A stretch of 64,000 nucleotides of DNA from Nannocystis pusilla (GCF_049060185.1 NZ_JBMEQO010000002.1), one strand, 5' to 3'; shown: positions 32,383-42,729, counted from the stretch's first letter. The notes: a model not told the origin generated them from the letters alone. Numbers and translations are program-made.

Positions 32383-32901
32383 TGGGGCGAAGGATGCGCG
32401 AGCGCGGGCGAGCGGCGCAAGAGGTGGGGACCGGGGCCGGCGGCGCCCGCGAGCTGTCCTCGGAGACATGACCCTCCGGACTCGTGACGGGCGCGGCGCC
32501 GGCGGGGTCGGGCGCGGCGGTCGTGATGGGACTTACGCGCGTGTGGACGGTCATCGAGAGGATTAGGGATTTTCGTGAGGAACGGGAGGTGCGGGAATTG
32601 CTTGCGGAAGCGACAGATGCGGCGTCGCTCCGGGCTGCGATTCACGGTGACGAGTCTCCGCGCGGAGATGGTCGCCGGGAGTCGGCCGCCGAGGAGGCAG
32701 GCGCGCACGAGGAAGACGGCGGGCGCCGCGAGGCCGAGGCTGACCGAAGAGGCAGGTTCGGGTCGGACCGCGCTGACGATGCTCGGGGCGACGCGCGGGC
32801 ACCGCTGGTGGGCGGAGGGGGCGCCGGCCGGCGCTGCGCCGTCGTGGGCGACGAACGAGGAATTGCGGACGGCCTCGGCGGCCGCGAGCGAGGAGAAAAA
32901 T

Positions 32902-34136
32902 ATGCTTAGAACATGGTATATTGGACATGTCCTTGGGTTCATGGCTGTAGTGACAGGTTGCGATCCGAAGGACCCGGGGTCACGGGCGGGACCGTCAGCG
33001 CGGGGACGACCACGGGCGGGAGCGACAGCGAGGGGACGACCGGCGGCGGCGGGAGCGACAGCGAGGGGACGACGAGCGCGGCGGAGACGACCGGCGGACC
33101 GGACGAGACGACCGACGGGCCGGGCGACGCGACGACCGAGACGACGACGGGCATGCACGACACCGACTCGGGCTCGACGCCGGACGACTTCGCGTGCGAG
33201 GGCGGTGCGTGGCTGTTCGTCAATCCGGAGACGAGCAGCGCGGGCAAGGTGTCGCTCGCAGCCGACGGACGGGCGCGGGTGGTCAGCAACGGTCTGACGC
33301 GCGAGTTCGACGCGGCAGGGACGCTGGTGGCGACGACACCGATCCCGTCGGGCGCGATCTACTGGGACATCGACGCGGAGGGCAACGGCTACGCGATGTT
33401 CCGCGACGAGGGCGGCGTGTCGCCGCGGAAGTGGCTGCGCAAGTTCGACCCGGCGGGGACAATGCTGTGGGAGAGCGACCTGGGACCGCGCGATCAGGGC
33501 TTCTGGTCGGGCTACGGCGTGGCGATCGCGGCCGACGGGACGACGGTGTACAGCGACCGCGCTGCCGTCGGCGACGGGACACGGATGGTCAAGCACGCGG
33601 CCGACGGGACGCTGCTGTGGGACCTCGAGGTGGCGGACCAACTCGAGGTGGCGGCGCTCGGGTCGTCGGGCGCGATGGTGGCGCTGGTGTGGGACGTGGG
33701 TGTCCGGCTGCTCGACCCGTCCGGTGAGGAGCTGTGGACGCGCCCGTGGGAGCTCTCGGTGCTGAGCACGGCCGCGATCGACGGCGCCGGCGCGGTGGTG
33801 GTCGGGGCCCAGATCGGGTCGTCGGGGGTGAGGATCGGGAAGTTCGCGGCCGACGGGACGCCGCTGTGGGACACGCACGTCGAAGACATGTGGAGCTTCG
33901 GCGACCTCGCGGTCAACGCGAGCGGCGAGATCGCGGTCGGCGGCCACCACAACAACGACACCCCGTTCCGCGGGATGGTGGCGCGGCTCGACCCGTCGGG
34001 CGCGACGGTGGCGACGCACCGCTGCGACAGCGGGTCGTGGGAGGTCGACGTGGCGATCGACGACGCGGGGACGATCTTCGCCTCGGGCGCGGTCGACTTC
34101 GAGACGTATCACATGTACGTGACGGCGTACGAGTGA
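32902..34136 (+). CDS. Lipoprotein with Thr/Gly-rich linker and beta-propeller-like repeats (frame change about 32970)
   Basis: RBS GAGGAG, ATG 32902. Signal MLRTWYIGHVLGFMAVVTGC (lipobox), encoded by an AT-rich motif-bearing stretch. After the frame change: TTTGGSDSEGTT...DGTLLWD, DGTPLWD repeats. Confidence 0.6.
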
Positions 34137-34138
34137 GT

Positions 34139-34452
34139 CACAGGTCGAGGAGCTCGCGGCAGGCCGGCTGCCGCGGGCTGGCTCGAAGGACAGGTCGCGT
34201 GCGCGCGCCTCACGTCGAGGCGCTCGCGGCGGCGGGCCGGTCGAGGCTGCTCGTCACCTGTCCCGGAGGACAGAAAATTCGACGCGCCACAGGTCCGGGC
34301 GCGCGGGCAGCGCCCCATCGAGGCTGCTGCGGGATGTCCCGAAGGACTCGCCGCTGCGATCTGTCCAGGAGGACAGGTGAACGCATCGCAAGTCGAGGCG
34401 CTCGCCGCGGCCGAAGGACCGTAGTGTCAGAGGTCGAGGAGCTCGCGGCAGG
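34139..34452. repeat. 27-bp direct repeats TCA(C/G)AGGTCGAGGAGCTCGCGGCAGGC flanking a 260-bp GGACAG-rich segment
   Basis: Copy 2 (34426-34452) is the pepF 3' end (…CRELLDL*). Copy 1 (34139-34165) sits right after the upstream lipoprotein stop. The interior carries at least five GGACAG/CTGTCC motifs. Confidence 0.6.
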
Positions 34453-36133
34453 CGGCGGCGGCCCGGCGCACCGTGTTTCGATCTGTCCCGAAGTACAGGC
34501 CGGCGGCGGCGAACAGGTCGGGCAGGCGGGCGCGGGCGCCGAGGGCGAGGGCGCGGCGGAGGTCGGCGACGGCGGCGGCGGGCTCGGCGAGGGCGCGGCG
34601 GTGGAGTCGGACTGCGCCGAGGCCGGCGATCGCGTACTCGATGTAGTAGAAGGGCAGCTCGAACACGTGTAGGCGGCGCTGCCACAGGGCGGCGCGGTCG
34701 GCCTCGAGGCCGCTCCAGTCGACGCCGGGGCACAGCCGCCGGTGCTGGGCGAGCCAGGCGGCGTCGCGGGCCGCACGGTCGCTGGCCTCGTCGGGGCGGG
34801 TGTAGACCCAGTGCTGAAAGGCGTCGATGGCGGCGGCGTGTGGGAGGAAGAGGACGAGCTGCTCGAGCTGGTGGCGCGCCGCGCGGGTGCCGGTGTCGGC
34901 GTCGTAGAAGGCGTCCAGGTGAGCCGCGGCGAGCAGCTCCATGCCCATGCCGGCGACCTCGCAGAATCTCGATCGGCGGTTGACGGTTCCAGATCAGCGA
35001 ATCGCCGGCACAGGCGAGGGCGTGGAAGGCGTGGCCGCCCTCGTGCAAGACGGTGAGCACGTCCTCGTGGCGGCCGACGGCGCCGGCGAACACGAACGGG
35101 AGGCCGCTGGCGTGGAGGTGGACCTGGAAGGCGCCGGCGGCCTTGCCTGGCCGCGACATCAGGTCCAAAAGGCCATGTTCGGCGAGGCGCGAGAACTGGC
35201 GGGCGAACTCGGGGTCGACCGCCTCGAAGGCGCGGGCGCAGCCGGCGATCAGGGCCTCCTCGCGGGTGAACGGGGCGAGCGGGCCGCCGGGCAGGGCCCC
35301 GAGGTCCCACGGGCGCAAAACGTCGAGGCCGAGGGCGGCGGCGCGACGACGGAGGACGAGGCCGGCGAGCGGGACGAACTCGGCGGCGATGGCGTCGTGC
35401 AGCGCGAGGCAGTCCGCGGGGCCGTAGGCGAGGCGGTCGAGGCGGCGGAAGCGATAGGCGCGGTAGTCGGGCAGCTCGGCGGCGGCGGCCTGGGCCCGGC
35501 GGTTGTCGAGGAGGCGGTCGAACAGGTGATCGAGCTCGGGCTTCACCGCGCGGAACTCGGCCGCGACGGTGCGCCAGGCGGCCTCGCGCCGCGAACGGTC
35601 AGGTCGTCCTCGCTGCGCTCGACGTGGGCCAGCGGAGTGTCGGCGCCGTCCCAGTGGAAGCGCATGCCGGCCCGCAGCTGGCCGTAGGCGGCGCACAGGT
35701 GCTGCTCGGCGGCCTCGAGCGGGACGAGGGCGGGGCGGTGGAGGTCGGCCTGGTTGCGCAGCACCGCGAAGGCGCAGGCGTGGCCGGGCGGGAGGCGAGC
35801 TGCGGCCGGGTGCTCGACGAGCCGCCGCGCGAGGCCGTGGCGCAGCGGTTTGCAGGCGGGGCCGAGGACGTCGACGTGGACGAGCCAGGCGCGCGCGGCC
35901 TCGGGATCGTCGGCGCTGCAGCTGGTGGCGATCTGTCGCCGCGCCTGGGCCTCGGCGAGGTGACTCTCGAGCTCGGACCAGTCGCGCAGCCATTGCTCGA
36001 GGACCCAGGGATCGTCGGCCGGCAACGGTCGCGCGCCGAGCTCGCCGTAGCAGGCCTCGAGATCGGCGAGCCGATCGAGGCGCACGCGCGCGGGCAAGTA
36101 GCGCCGCGGCGGCGGCGGGAGCGAGCCGAACAC
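34427..36133 (-). CDS. pepF: Oligoendopeptidase F (M3B family); two frame changes
   Basis: HEGGHAFH zinc motif, plus N- and C-terminal segments in adjacent frames (ORFs 35543-36133, 34254-36356, 34427-34948). Confidence 0.8.
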
Positions 36134-36289
36134 GTGCGCCAGAGTAGCACCGCGGCGAGCGGGCGCAGGGGGTGAACCAGCCCCTGAGGGGCAGGCGCAA
36201 GGCGACGTCGCGGGGATGCGCGCGTGAGGTTGGAGAGAGGGCAGGACGACGGGCAGGCTCAGGCGTGAGGCGGACGTCCCAGGGGAGAC

Positions 36290-36400
36290 GCGTGAGGATG
36301 GTCGAAAGGACAGGACCTCGAGGACATGACCTCAGAGACATGGTCGGGGAGAGCATCGCCCCGGCGCGCGTGAGGCTGGTCGAAAGGACAGGTCAGTCGG
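36290..36400. repeat. Two copies (78 bp apart) of CGCGTGAGG(A/C)TGGTCGAAAGGACAGG, plus adjacent GGACATGACC / AGACATGGTC units
   Basis: Between the TetR stop (36393) and the pepF start; seen directly. Confidence 0.55.
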
Positions 36401-37015
36401 GGCGCAGGCCGCGGGTCATCGCGCCGATGGTGAGCTCGATCTCGCGGTCGTCGTCCCACGGGTAGTCGGGCAGGATGGCCAGGCGCGTGATGATGTAGCC
36501 GCCCAGCGCGCTCATGAGGAGCCGCAGGACGGTCTCCGGCGGGTCGTTCCGGATCTGCCCGCGCGCCTGGTACTTGCGGATGACTGCCAGCAGCTCGGGG
36601 ATGACGTGGCGGCCGATGTGGCGGAACGCCATCGTCCGCAGCTCCGGGCTGAGCGGGACTTCTTGTAAAAGATCCGCAGCGCCGGCACGTGCTCGCGCGC
36701 CACCGCGAGGCGGTTGCGCGCGAACTCCCGCAGGAATTCGGCGAAGTCCGGGTAGTCGGTGTCGATCAGCCGGTGCAGGTCGCGGAAGGCGATCGGCGCG
36801 AGCACCCGCTCGACGAACGGCTCGAGGATGTGGTCGAGCAGCAGCTGCTTGGTCTTGAAGTGGCGGAAGATCGTGCCCTCGGCGACGCCCGCCCGTTTGG
36901 CGATCTCGCTGGTCGCGGCGCCTCGAAAGCCGCGCTCCGCGATCACCTCGATCGCGGCGCGGACGATGCGCTCGACGCCGCGCACCGGCCCAGGATCGTC
37001 TTCGCGCGTGGCCAT
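36393..37015 (-). CDS. TetR-family transcriptional regulator (frame change at an A/T run about 36652)
   Basis: HTH region RIVRAAIEVIAERGFRGAATSEIAKRAGVAEGTIFRHFKTKQ; C-terminal ligand domain in the adjacent frame. Confidence 0.8.
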
Positions 37016-37032
37016 GACCCCGGGAGCTTGGC

Positions 37033-37093
37033 CTGAGTGAGCACTCACTTGCAACCGTACTGGAGCCGTGGCACGGTGAGTGAGCACTCACTT
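37033..37093. promoter_or_regulatory. Duplicated 17-bp palindromic operator TGAGTGAGCACTCACTT (core AGTGAG-CA-CTCACT) at 37033-37049 and 37076-37092 in the divergent TetR/monooxygenase promoter region
   Basis: Two identical copies 43 bp apart, between the TetR start (about 37015) and the monooxygenase start (37108). Confidence 0.6.
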
Positions 37094-37107
37094 TCAGGAG
37101 CGGAGCG

Positions 37108-38669
37108 ATGGCGTCGATCGATGTGCTGGTGGCGGGAGCGGGGCCCACGGGCCTGACGATGGCGTGCGAGCTGCGGCGGTTCGGGCTGACCGTGCGGGTG
37201 GTCGATCCCGCGCCGCGCACGACCGAGCACTCCAAGGCGCTGGTCGTCCACGCGCGCACGCGCGAGGTGTTCGAGGCGATGGGGCTGCGCGCGGCGGTCG
37301 AGGCCGAGGCCGAGGCGCTGATGGCGGTGCAGCTTTACCTCGAGACGCAGCTGCTGGGGACGCTGGACGTCGCGCGGTTCGGGCCCGACGTGCCGCGGCC
37401 GGTGTTCCTCGATCAGAGCGCGACGGAGCGGATCCTGGCCGAGCACCTGGGGCACCTCGGTGGGGCGATCGATCGCGGGCTGCGGCTGCTGTCGTTCCGC
37501 GACGAGGGCTCGCAAGTGGTGGCGACGATCGGCGGCGACGACGGCCGCACCGAGTCGGTGACTGCGCGCTGGCTGGTCGGCTGCGATGGTTCCCACAGCG
37601 CGGTGCGCCACGGCCTGGGTCTGCCGTTCGAAGGTTCTGCCTATGAGGACATGTTCGATCAGGCAGATCTGAAGATCCGCTGGGACCGCCCGCCAGGGCT
37701 CGGCTGCGGGTTTTGCGGCCCGCGGGGCTGGTGGTGTTCGCTCCGTTGCCGCGCGGTCGCTATCGCATCATCGCCATGGGCGGCGATGGTCACGGGCCCG
37801 AGCCGACGCTCGAGATGTTCCAGAAGCTGGCCGACGAGCTGGTGCCCGGAGCGGTGCTGTACGACCCGGAGTGGATCCTGCGGTTCCGCCTGCACCACCG
37901 CATGGTGCCGAGGATGGCGGTGGGCTCGGTGTTCCTCGCCGGCGACGCGGCGCACATCCACAGCCCCGCGGGCGGGCAGGGGATGAACACGGGGATCCAG
38001 GACGCCTTCAACCTGGCGTGGAAGCTGGCGATGGTGGCCCGCGGCGCGGCTCGCCCGGAGCTGCTGGCGACGTACGACGCGGAGCGATTGCCGGTGGCGA
38101 GGCGCACGCTCGAGATGACGGACCGCCTGTTTCGTGGCGCGACGAGCCGACGGACGATGATGTTGCGCAAGCTGATCGTCGGCACGGCGCTGCGTTCACG
38201 CGCGCTGCAGCAGCGGATGGCGCGGCGCATGTCGCAGACGGGCGTGTCGTATCGCGAGTCGCCGGCGGTGATCGACGCTCGCGGCTGGCCGCGGCGCTCG
38301 CCGAAGGCCGGTGATCGAGCGCCGGCGGCGATGCTGCGCGCGGGCGATGGGACGGTGTCACTGCACGCGCTGGTGGCGAGCGAGGCGAAGATGACGCTCT
38401 TGCTCATGCACGGATCGTCGCGCTCGCAGGCGCTGGCGATCGCGGGTCGGGAGCTGGCGGAGAAGTGGGGCCGATCGCTGGTCGTTCGCGACCTGGTCCT
38501 GGGTACAGGCGACGCGGAGACTCTCGGCGATCCTGCGGGCGCAGTGGTCCGCGGGTGGAGAGTGCGCGCGCCTGAGCTCGTGCTGCTCAGGCCCGACGGC
38601 CACATCGCAGTGCGCGCGCCGCTGGCTCGCATCGATGTGCTTCGAGCCTACGCAGCGCGCTGGTTCTAG
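37108..38669 (+). CDS. FAD-dependent monooxygenase (aromatic hydroxylase family); frame change about 37700
   Basis: IDVLVAGAGPTGLTMACEL (GxGxxG), VGCDGSHSAVR, FLAGDAAHIHSPAGGQGMNTGIQDAFNLAWKLA. Confidence 0.8.
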
Positions 38670-38675
38670 CGCGCG

Positions 38676-39038
38676 CTACTTGTGGTTGAGGCCGAAGTAC
38701 GCGGCGAGGAGGCCGAGCAGCGGCGCGATGAACCACAGGACGCGACCGGCGCCGGGCTTGCGGGCCACCAACGCCGGGGCGGCCGCGAGGCAGATCCACG
38801 CGAGCAACTTGGGGTGAACCCAGCCCGGCATGGCGCCGCCGTACTTCACCCCGAGCATGCCGAAGCCGGCCGCGACGATGAGCAACGTTCCCACGCCGTG
38901 CGTCGCAGCGACCAGCCCGCGCGCCGGGTTGGTCTCACGAGTGCCTCCGGCGATGCCGTGGAACGCGAGGCCGCCGAGGCCCATAAAGAGGAGGACGATG
39001 CCGAAGATGTGGAGGACCAGGAAGAGCTCGTAGGACAC
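38676..39038 (-). CDS. Small 4-TM membrane protein (SirB2/YchQ-like)
   Basis: 120 aa, four hydrophobic helices. Intact ORF. Confidence 0.55.
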   Translation of the reverse strand: MSYELFLVLHIFGIVLLFMGLGGLAFHGIAGGTRETNPARGLVAATHGVGTLLIVAAGFGMLGVKYGGAMPGWVHPKLLAWICLAAAPALVARKPGAGRVLWFIAPLLGLLAAYFGLNHK

Positions 39039-39114
39039 GGCAGCGCCGAGCCTCGCACGCCTCTGCGCGATTTGACAAGCTCGCCCCGGCCCGAAGGCTG
39101 ATACACTCGCGGCG

Positions 39115-39897
39115 ATGTCGATCCAGGGCTACAGCGCATCGGAGTTCACCCACGAGGGCGTCACCAAGACGGTCTATCGGCGCGGGCGCGGCCCGGGGGT
39201 CATCATCATCACCGAGGTCCCCGGCATCCACGAGGCGGTGGTCACGTTCGCCAACCTGGTGGCGGACGCGGGCTTCACCGTGGTCCTGCCCGACCTGTTC
39301 GGCGAGCCGATGAAGCCGGTGTCCGGCGGCTACCTCGCCAGCACGATGCTCAAGCTGTGCGTGAGCAAAGAGTTCAAGCTGCTCGCCGGCCAGGAGTCGA
39401 GCCCGATCACGAACTGGCTGCGCGGCCTGGCCCGCGCGCTGCACAAGGAGCTCGGCGGCAAAGGCGTCGGCGCGATCGGCATGTGCCTGACGGGGAACTT
39501 CGCGCTGTCGATGGCGGTCGAGCCGTCGCTGATGGCGCCGGTGATGTCGCAGCCGGCGCTGCCGCTGCCGGTCGGCAAGGCCCGCCGCGGTCAGCTGGCG
39601 ATCGCGCCGGACGAGCTCGCCACGGTCAAGCGGCGGGTCAAGGACGAGGGCCTCAAGGTGCTCGGCCTGTGCTTCACCCACGACGGCAAGGTCCCGCGCG
39701 AGCGGTTCGAGACGCTGAAGCGCGAGCTCAAGGAGGGCTTCGAGGCGATCGAGATCGACTCCGGCCCGGGCAACGCCCACGGGATCAAGCCGTCGGCCCA
39801 CAGCGTGCTGACGGTCGACCTCGTGCGCGAGACCGGCCACCCGACCGAGCAGGCGCTGCAGCGCACGCTGTCGTTCCTGCGCGAGCGGCTGCAGTAA
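39115..39897 (+). CDS. Dienelactone hydrolase family protein
   Basis: 260 aa. GVIIITEVPGIHEAVVTFANLVADAGFTVVLPDLF, GAIGMCLTGNFAL nucleophile-elbow context. Confidence 0.7.
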   Translation: MSIQGYSASEFTHEGVTKTVYRRGRGPGVIIITEVPGIHEAVVTFANLVADAGFTVVLPDLFGEPMKPVSGGYLASTMLKLCVSKEFKLLAGQESSPITNWLRGLARALHKELGGKGVGAIGMCLTGNFALSMAVEPSLMAPVMSQPALPLPVGKARRGQLAIAPDELATVKRRVKDEGLKVLGLCFTHDGKVPRERFETLKRELKEGFEAIEIDSGPGNAHGIKPSAHSVLTVDLVRETGHPTEQALQRTLSFLRERLQ

Positions 39898-39920
39898 GAC
39901 CGCGAGGCTGCAAGGACGAA

Positions 39921-40000
39921 GGGCATGTCCGCGAGGGCATGCCCTTTGAACATGCCTTATCGGGCATGTCCTTCGGGTCATGGCCCACCGGACAGGGTCA
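39921..40000. repeat. Phased array of six GGRCATGYCC-type units at 14,14,13,14,14 bp (starts about 39921, 39935, 39949, 39962, 39976, 39990)
   Basis: GGGCATGTCC gcga GGGCATGCCC tttg AACATGCCTT atcg GGCATGTCCT tcgg GTCATGGCCC accg GACAGGGTCA. Between convergent gene ends, and overlaps the last 5 codons of the minus-strand gene. Confidence 0.75.
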
Positions 40001-40559
40001 CGTACAGCACCGGGACGGCGATCCCGAGCAGCACGAGCACGCCGCCGCGGCCGACCAGGCCCTTGCGGCCGGGCAGCATGAACAGGCCCGAGGCGGCGAG
40101 GAACAGCAGGAACACGGCGTAGCCGTCGGCGATGTAGGTCCAGGCCTTCTTGCCGCGGTTCAGGTGCAGCCAGTTGGCGATCCGCAGCAAGAGGCGCGGG
40201 CGCTGACCGTCCTCGAGGACGACGCCGCTGTCGAGGTCGACGTGGAGGGTGCTGCCGTCGAGGAGGATCGACAGCTCGCGCGCGTCGCTGCGGTAGACCT
40301 CGGTCGGCGGGCCGGTGAGGGCGAGCTCGGCGAGGACCTTGTCGGCGGCGGCGTGGTCGTCCTCGGGCAGCGGCACGGCGACCTGGTGGCGCGCCTCGTA
40401 GTTGTCGAAGTTCGGGTCCCAGTCGGCGATGTGATTGACCGCGAGGCCCGACAGCGCGTAGACGAAGGTGAGGCCGACGGCGACGTAGCCGATGTCGCGG
40501 TGGAGGGCGCGCAGCCAGGGCCGCCAGCGGACCGGGCGCCGGCGCTCGGGCTCAGGCAT
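39978..40559 (-). CDS. PepSY-associated TM-helix-like membrane protein (putative)
   Basis: WLRALHRDIGYVAVGLTFVYALSGL N-terminal TM and a C-terminal TM. Overlaps the downstream MsrP-like gene by 8 bp. Confidence 0.45.
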   Translation of the reverse strand: MPEPERRRPVRWRPWLRALHRDIGYVAVGLTFVYALSGLAVNHIADWDPNFDNYEARHQVAVPLPEDDHAAADKVLAELALTGPPTEVYRSDARELSILLDGSTLHVDLDSGVVLEDGQRPRLLLRIANWLHLNRGKKAWTYIADGYAVFLLFLAASGLFMLPGRKGLVGRGGVLVLLGIAVPVLYVTLSGGP

Positions 40560-41274
40560 AGCGCTCTTCCTTCCACGGATCGGCGTGGTTGTTGTAGCCG
40601 CGGGTCTCCCAGTAGCCGGGCTCGTCGCGGGCGACGAACTTGATGCCGGTCAGCCACTTGGTGCTCTTCCAGAAGTAGAGGCCGGGCACCATGGCGCGCA
40701 CCGGGCTGCCGTGCGGGCGCGCGAGCGGCTTGCCGGCGTGGCGGTGGGCGACCAGGACGTCGGGCGCGAGCGCCTCGGCGAGCAGGACGTTGGCGGTGTA
40801 GCCGTGGGCGCCCTCGAACACGACGTGGCGGGCGGTCTTCTTGAGGCCTGCCTTTTCGGCCAGGTGACTGACGCGCACGCCCTTCCACGCCGCCCCGAGC
40901 AGCGACCAGCCGGTGACGCAGTGGACGTCGGCCTCGACCTCGGTCTGCGGCTCGGCGAGCAGGCCGCTCCAGTCGAGTTCGAACGGCTTCTCGACCTCGC
41001 CGTAGATCTTGATCTTGACGTCGGCGGGGCTCGGCGAGCCGGGCACGCCGCCCATCGGCCGCAGCGCCTCGAGCACGCGCTGGCCGGGCGGGAGGCGCGG
41101 GCGGCCGTCGGCGAGGGTCATGGCCTTGGCTTCGCGCGTGAGGCGGTCGTTCAGGACCCACAACATGCCGCCGCCCATGGCGGCGACGACGGTGCCGCTG
41201 GCGGCGCGGGCGAGGAAGTCGCGCCGGCTCATGGCGGCGGACACGGCGGGAGGCAGCGGGCGAGAGGCGGACAT
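40552..41274 (-). CDS. Sulfite-oxidase-family molybdopterin oxidoreductase, MsrP/YedY-like, with Tat signal; an in-frame upstream ORF (41275-41721, about 149 aa, unknown) is fused in the current sequence
   Basis: MSRRDFLARAAS twin-arginine motif. VHCVTGWS, WKGVRVSHL, GYNNHADPWKEERY. Confidence 0.7.
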   Translation of the reverse strand: MSASRPLPPAVSAAMSRRDFLARAASGTVVAAMGGGMLWVLNDRLTREAKAMTLADGRPRLPPGQRVLEALRPMGGVPGSPSPADVKIKIYGEVEKPFELDWSGLLAEPQTEVEADVHCVTGWSLLGAAWKGVRVSHLAEKAGLKKTARHVVFEGAHGYTANVLLAEALAPDVLVAHRHAGKPLARPHGSPVRAMVPGLYFWKSTKWLTGIKFVARDEPGYWETRGYNNHADPWKEERYA

Positions 41275-41737
41275 CGTTCGACCTTCCGGCTCGGACAACG
41301 CGGGGCCCCGGCGAGTGTTACGCCGGGGGCGGACCCGCAGCCTCAGAGTACCGTCGGCCGCCTGGGTGGTGTCGACGGCCAGGCCGGCGGCGCTCGCCGC
41401 GGCGCGCACGCGGGCGGCCGCCAGCGCCCGGGTGAGCGGGGCCACCAGGCGCTCGGCCAGGACGGCGCGATCGTGCTCGCCGCACACCAGGACGAAGGTG
41501 CTGCCGGCCGCCCGCAGGCCGAAGTCGGCGACGGCCGTCAGCGTGCCCGCGGGCAGGCGCAGGTCGACCGGCTCGCCGGCGCACTCGAAGTTGCCCTCGA
41601 GCATGAGGCCGCCGGGGATCTCCGCGACCTCGGCGACGAGCCCCAGCTCGCTCAGCGCGGCCTCCAAGTCAGCCCGCGCGAGCTCGCGGGCGCCGAGGTC
41701 GAGGCGGACGTAGCGGCTCATGGCTTGCTGTCCTTCG

Positions 41738-41761
41738 GGGCATGGCACAAAGGACATGTCT
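41738..41761. repeat. Palindrome pair GGGCATGGCA / GGACATGTCT, 14 bp apart
   Basis: Just upstream of the minus-strand MsrP-like transcription unit. Confidence 0.55.
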
Positions 41762-41997
41762 CTTCAGACTGGCGCACGAGCCAGCCGCAGCGGGCGCAGG
41801 CGGCCGCGGGGGTCGGCTCGGGCAGGTCGGCGACGGCGACAGGCTCGTCCAGCGCGGGCAGCTCGAGCTGCCGCTGGGCGAGGTTGCGCGCGCGGGACAC
41901 GGCCGGAGGCTGACCCGAGCGGGCCGGCCTGGCAAATTCTCGCCGGATGAGCGCGCCGGGGGCCGTGCAGGAGCGCGCTCAGGGCGAGCAGGACGGC

Positions 41998-42729
41998 TCA
42001 GGTGCGGCCGGCGGCGGGCTGGCCGGCCAGGCCCTCGGTCGCCCACAGGACGGCGAGGCGGCGCAGCTGGTGCGCGCTGTGGGCCCCGAGCTTGAGCTTG
42101 AGGTTGGACTGGTGGGTCTCGACGGTCTTGATCGAGATCTTGAGCGACTCGGCGATGTTGCGGGTGTCGTGCCCGCGGCCCAGCAGCTCGAACACCTCGA
42201 GCTCGCGGTCGCTGAGGTTCTCGATGCCGGTGCCGGCCCGCGGGCGCGAGACCATGGCGTTCAGCATCGTCTCGGCCAGCTGCTCGCTCACCGCCAGCTC
42301 GCCCTTCAGCGACTTGCGGATGGCGCCGACGATCCGCTCGGCGGGCACGTGCTTCATCAGGTAGCCGTGCGCACCGGCCCGCAGCACGCGCTCGCCGAAC
42401 AGCTGCTCGTCGTGCATCGACAGCACCAGCAGCTTGAGCTCGGGCCAGGCGGCGCGGATCTGCTTGATCAGATCGATGCCGCTGCCGGTCTTGAGCGAGA
42501 GGTCGACGACCGCGAGGTCGACGGGCTTCTCGCGCAGGATCGCCAGGGCGGCCTCGGCGTCCTCGGCCTCACCGACGATCTCCAGGTCGGCCTCGGCTCC
42601 GAGGAGCTGCGACAGGCCGAGGCGGAAGATCGGGTGGTCGTCGACGAGGAGGACCCGCGCCGGCGACGAGGGCTGGTCCGCGGGTCCTGTTCCTTGAGAC
42701 AGGGGAGTGATCGGCGGCTGCACGGTCAT
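41998..42729 (-). CDS. LuxR/NarL-family response regulator (REC + HTH)
   Basis: VLLVDDHPIFRLGL, DLAVVDLSLKTGSGIDL, LVLSMHDE receiver. LSDRELEVFELLGRGHDTRNIAESLKISIKTVETHQSNLKLKLG LuxR HTH. Confidence 0.85.
   Translation of the reverse strand: MTVQPPITPLSQGTGPADQPSSPARVLLVDDHPIFRLGLSQLLGAEADLEIVGEAEDAEAALAILREKPVDLAVVDLSLKTGSGIDLIKQIRAAWPELKLLVLSMHDEQLFGERVLRAGAHGYLMKHVPAERIVGAIRKSLKGELAVSEQLAETMLNAMVSRPRAGTGIENLSDRELEVFELLGRGHDTRNIAESLKISIKTVETHQSNLKLKLGAHSAHQLRRLAVLWATEGLAGQPAAGRT

Noticed and set aside
41718-41900. 60-aa ORF with a C-x2-C...C-x2-C zinc-ribbon-like pattern (CARCGW...CPLCH)
   Set aside because: The second Cys pair (TCPLCH) is simply the translation of a GGGCATGGCACAAAGGACATGTCTC palindrome pair. 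Many spurious ORFs in the track share TCP/HVP peptides for the same reason. There is no independent support.
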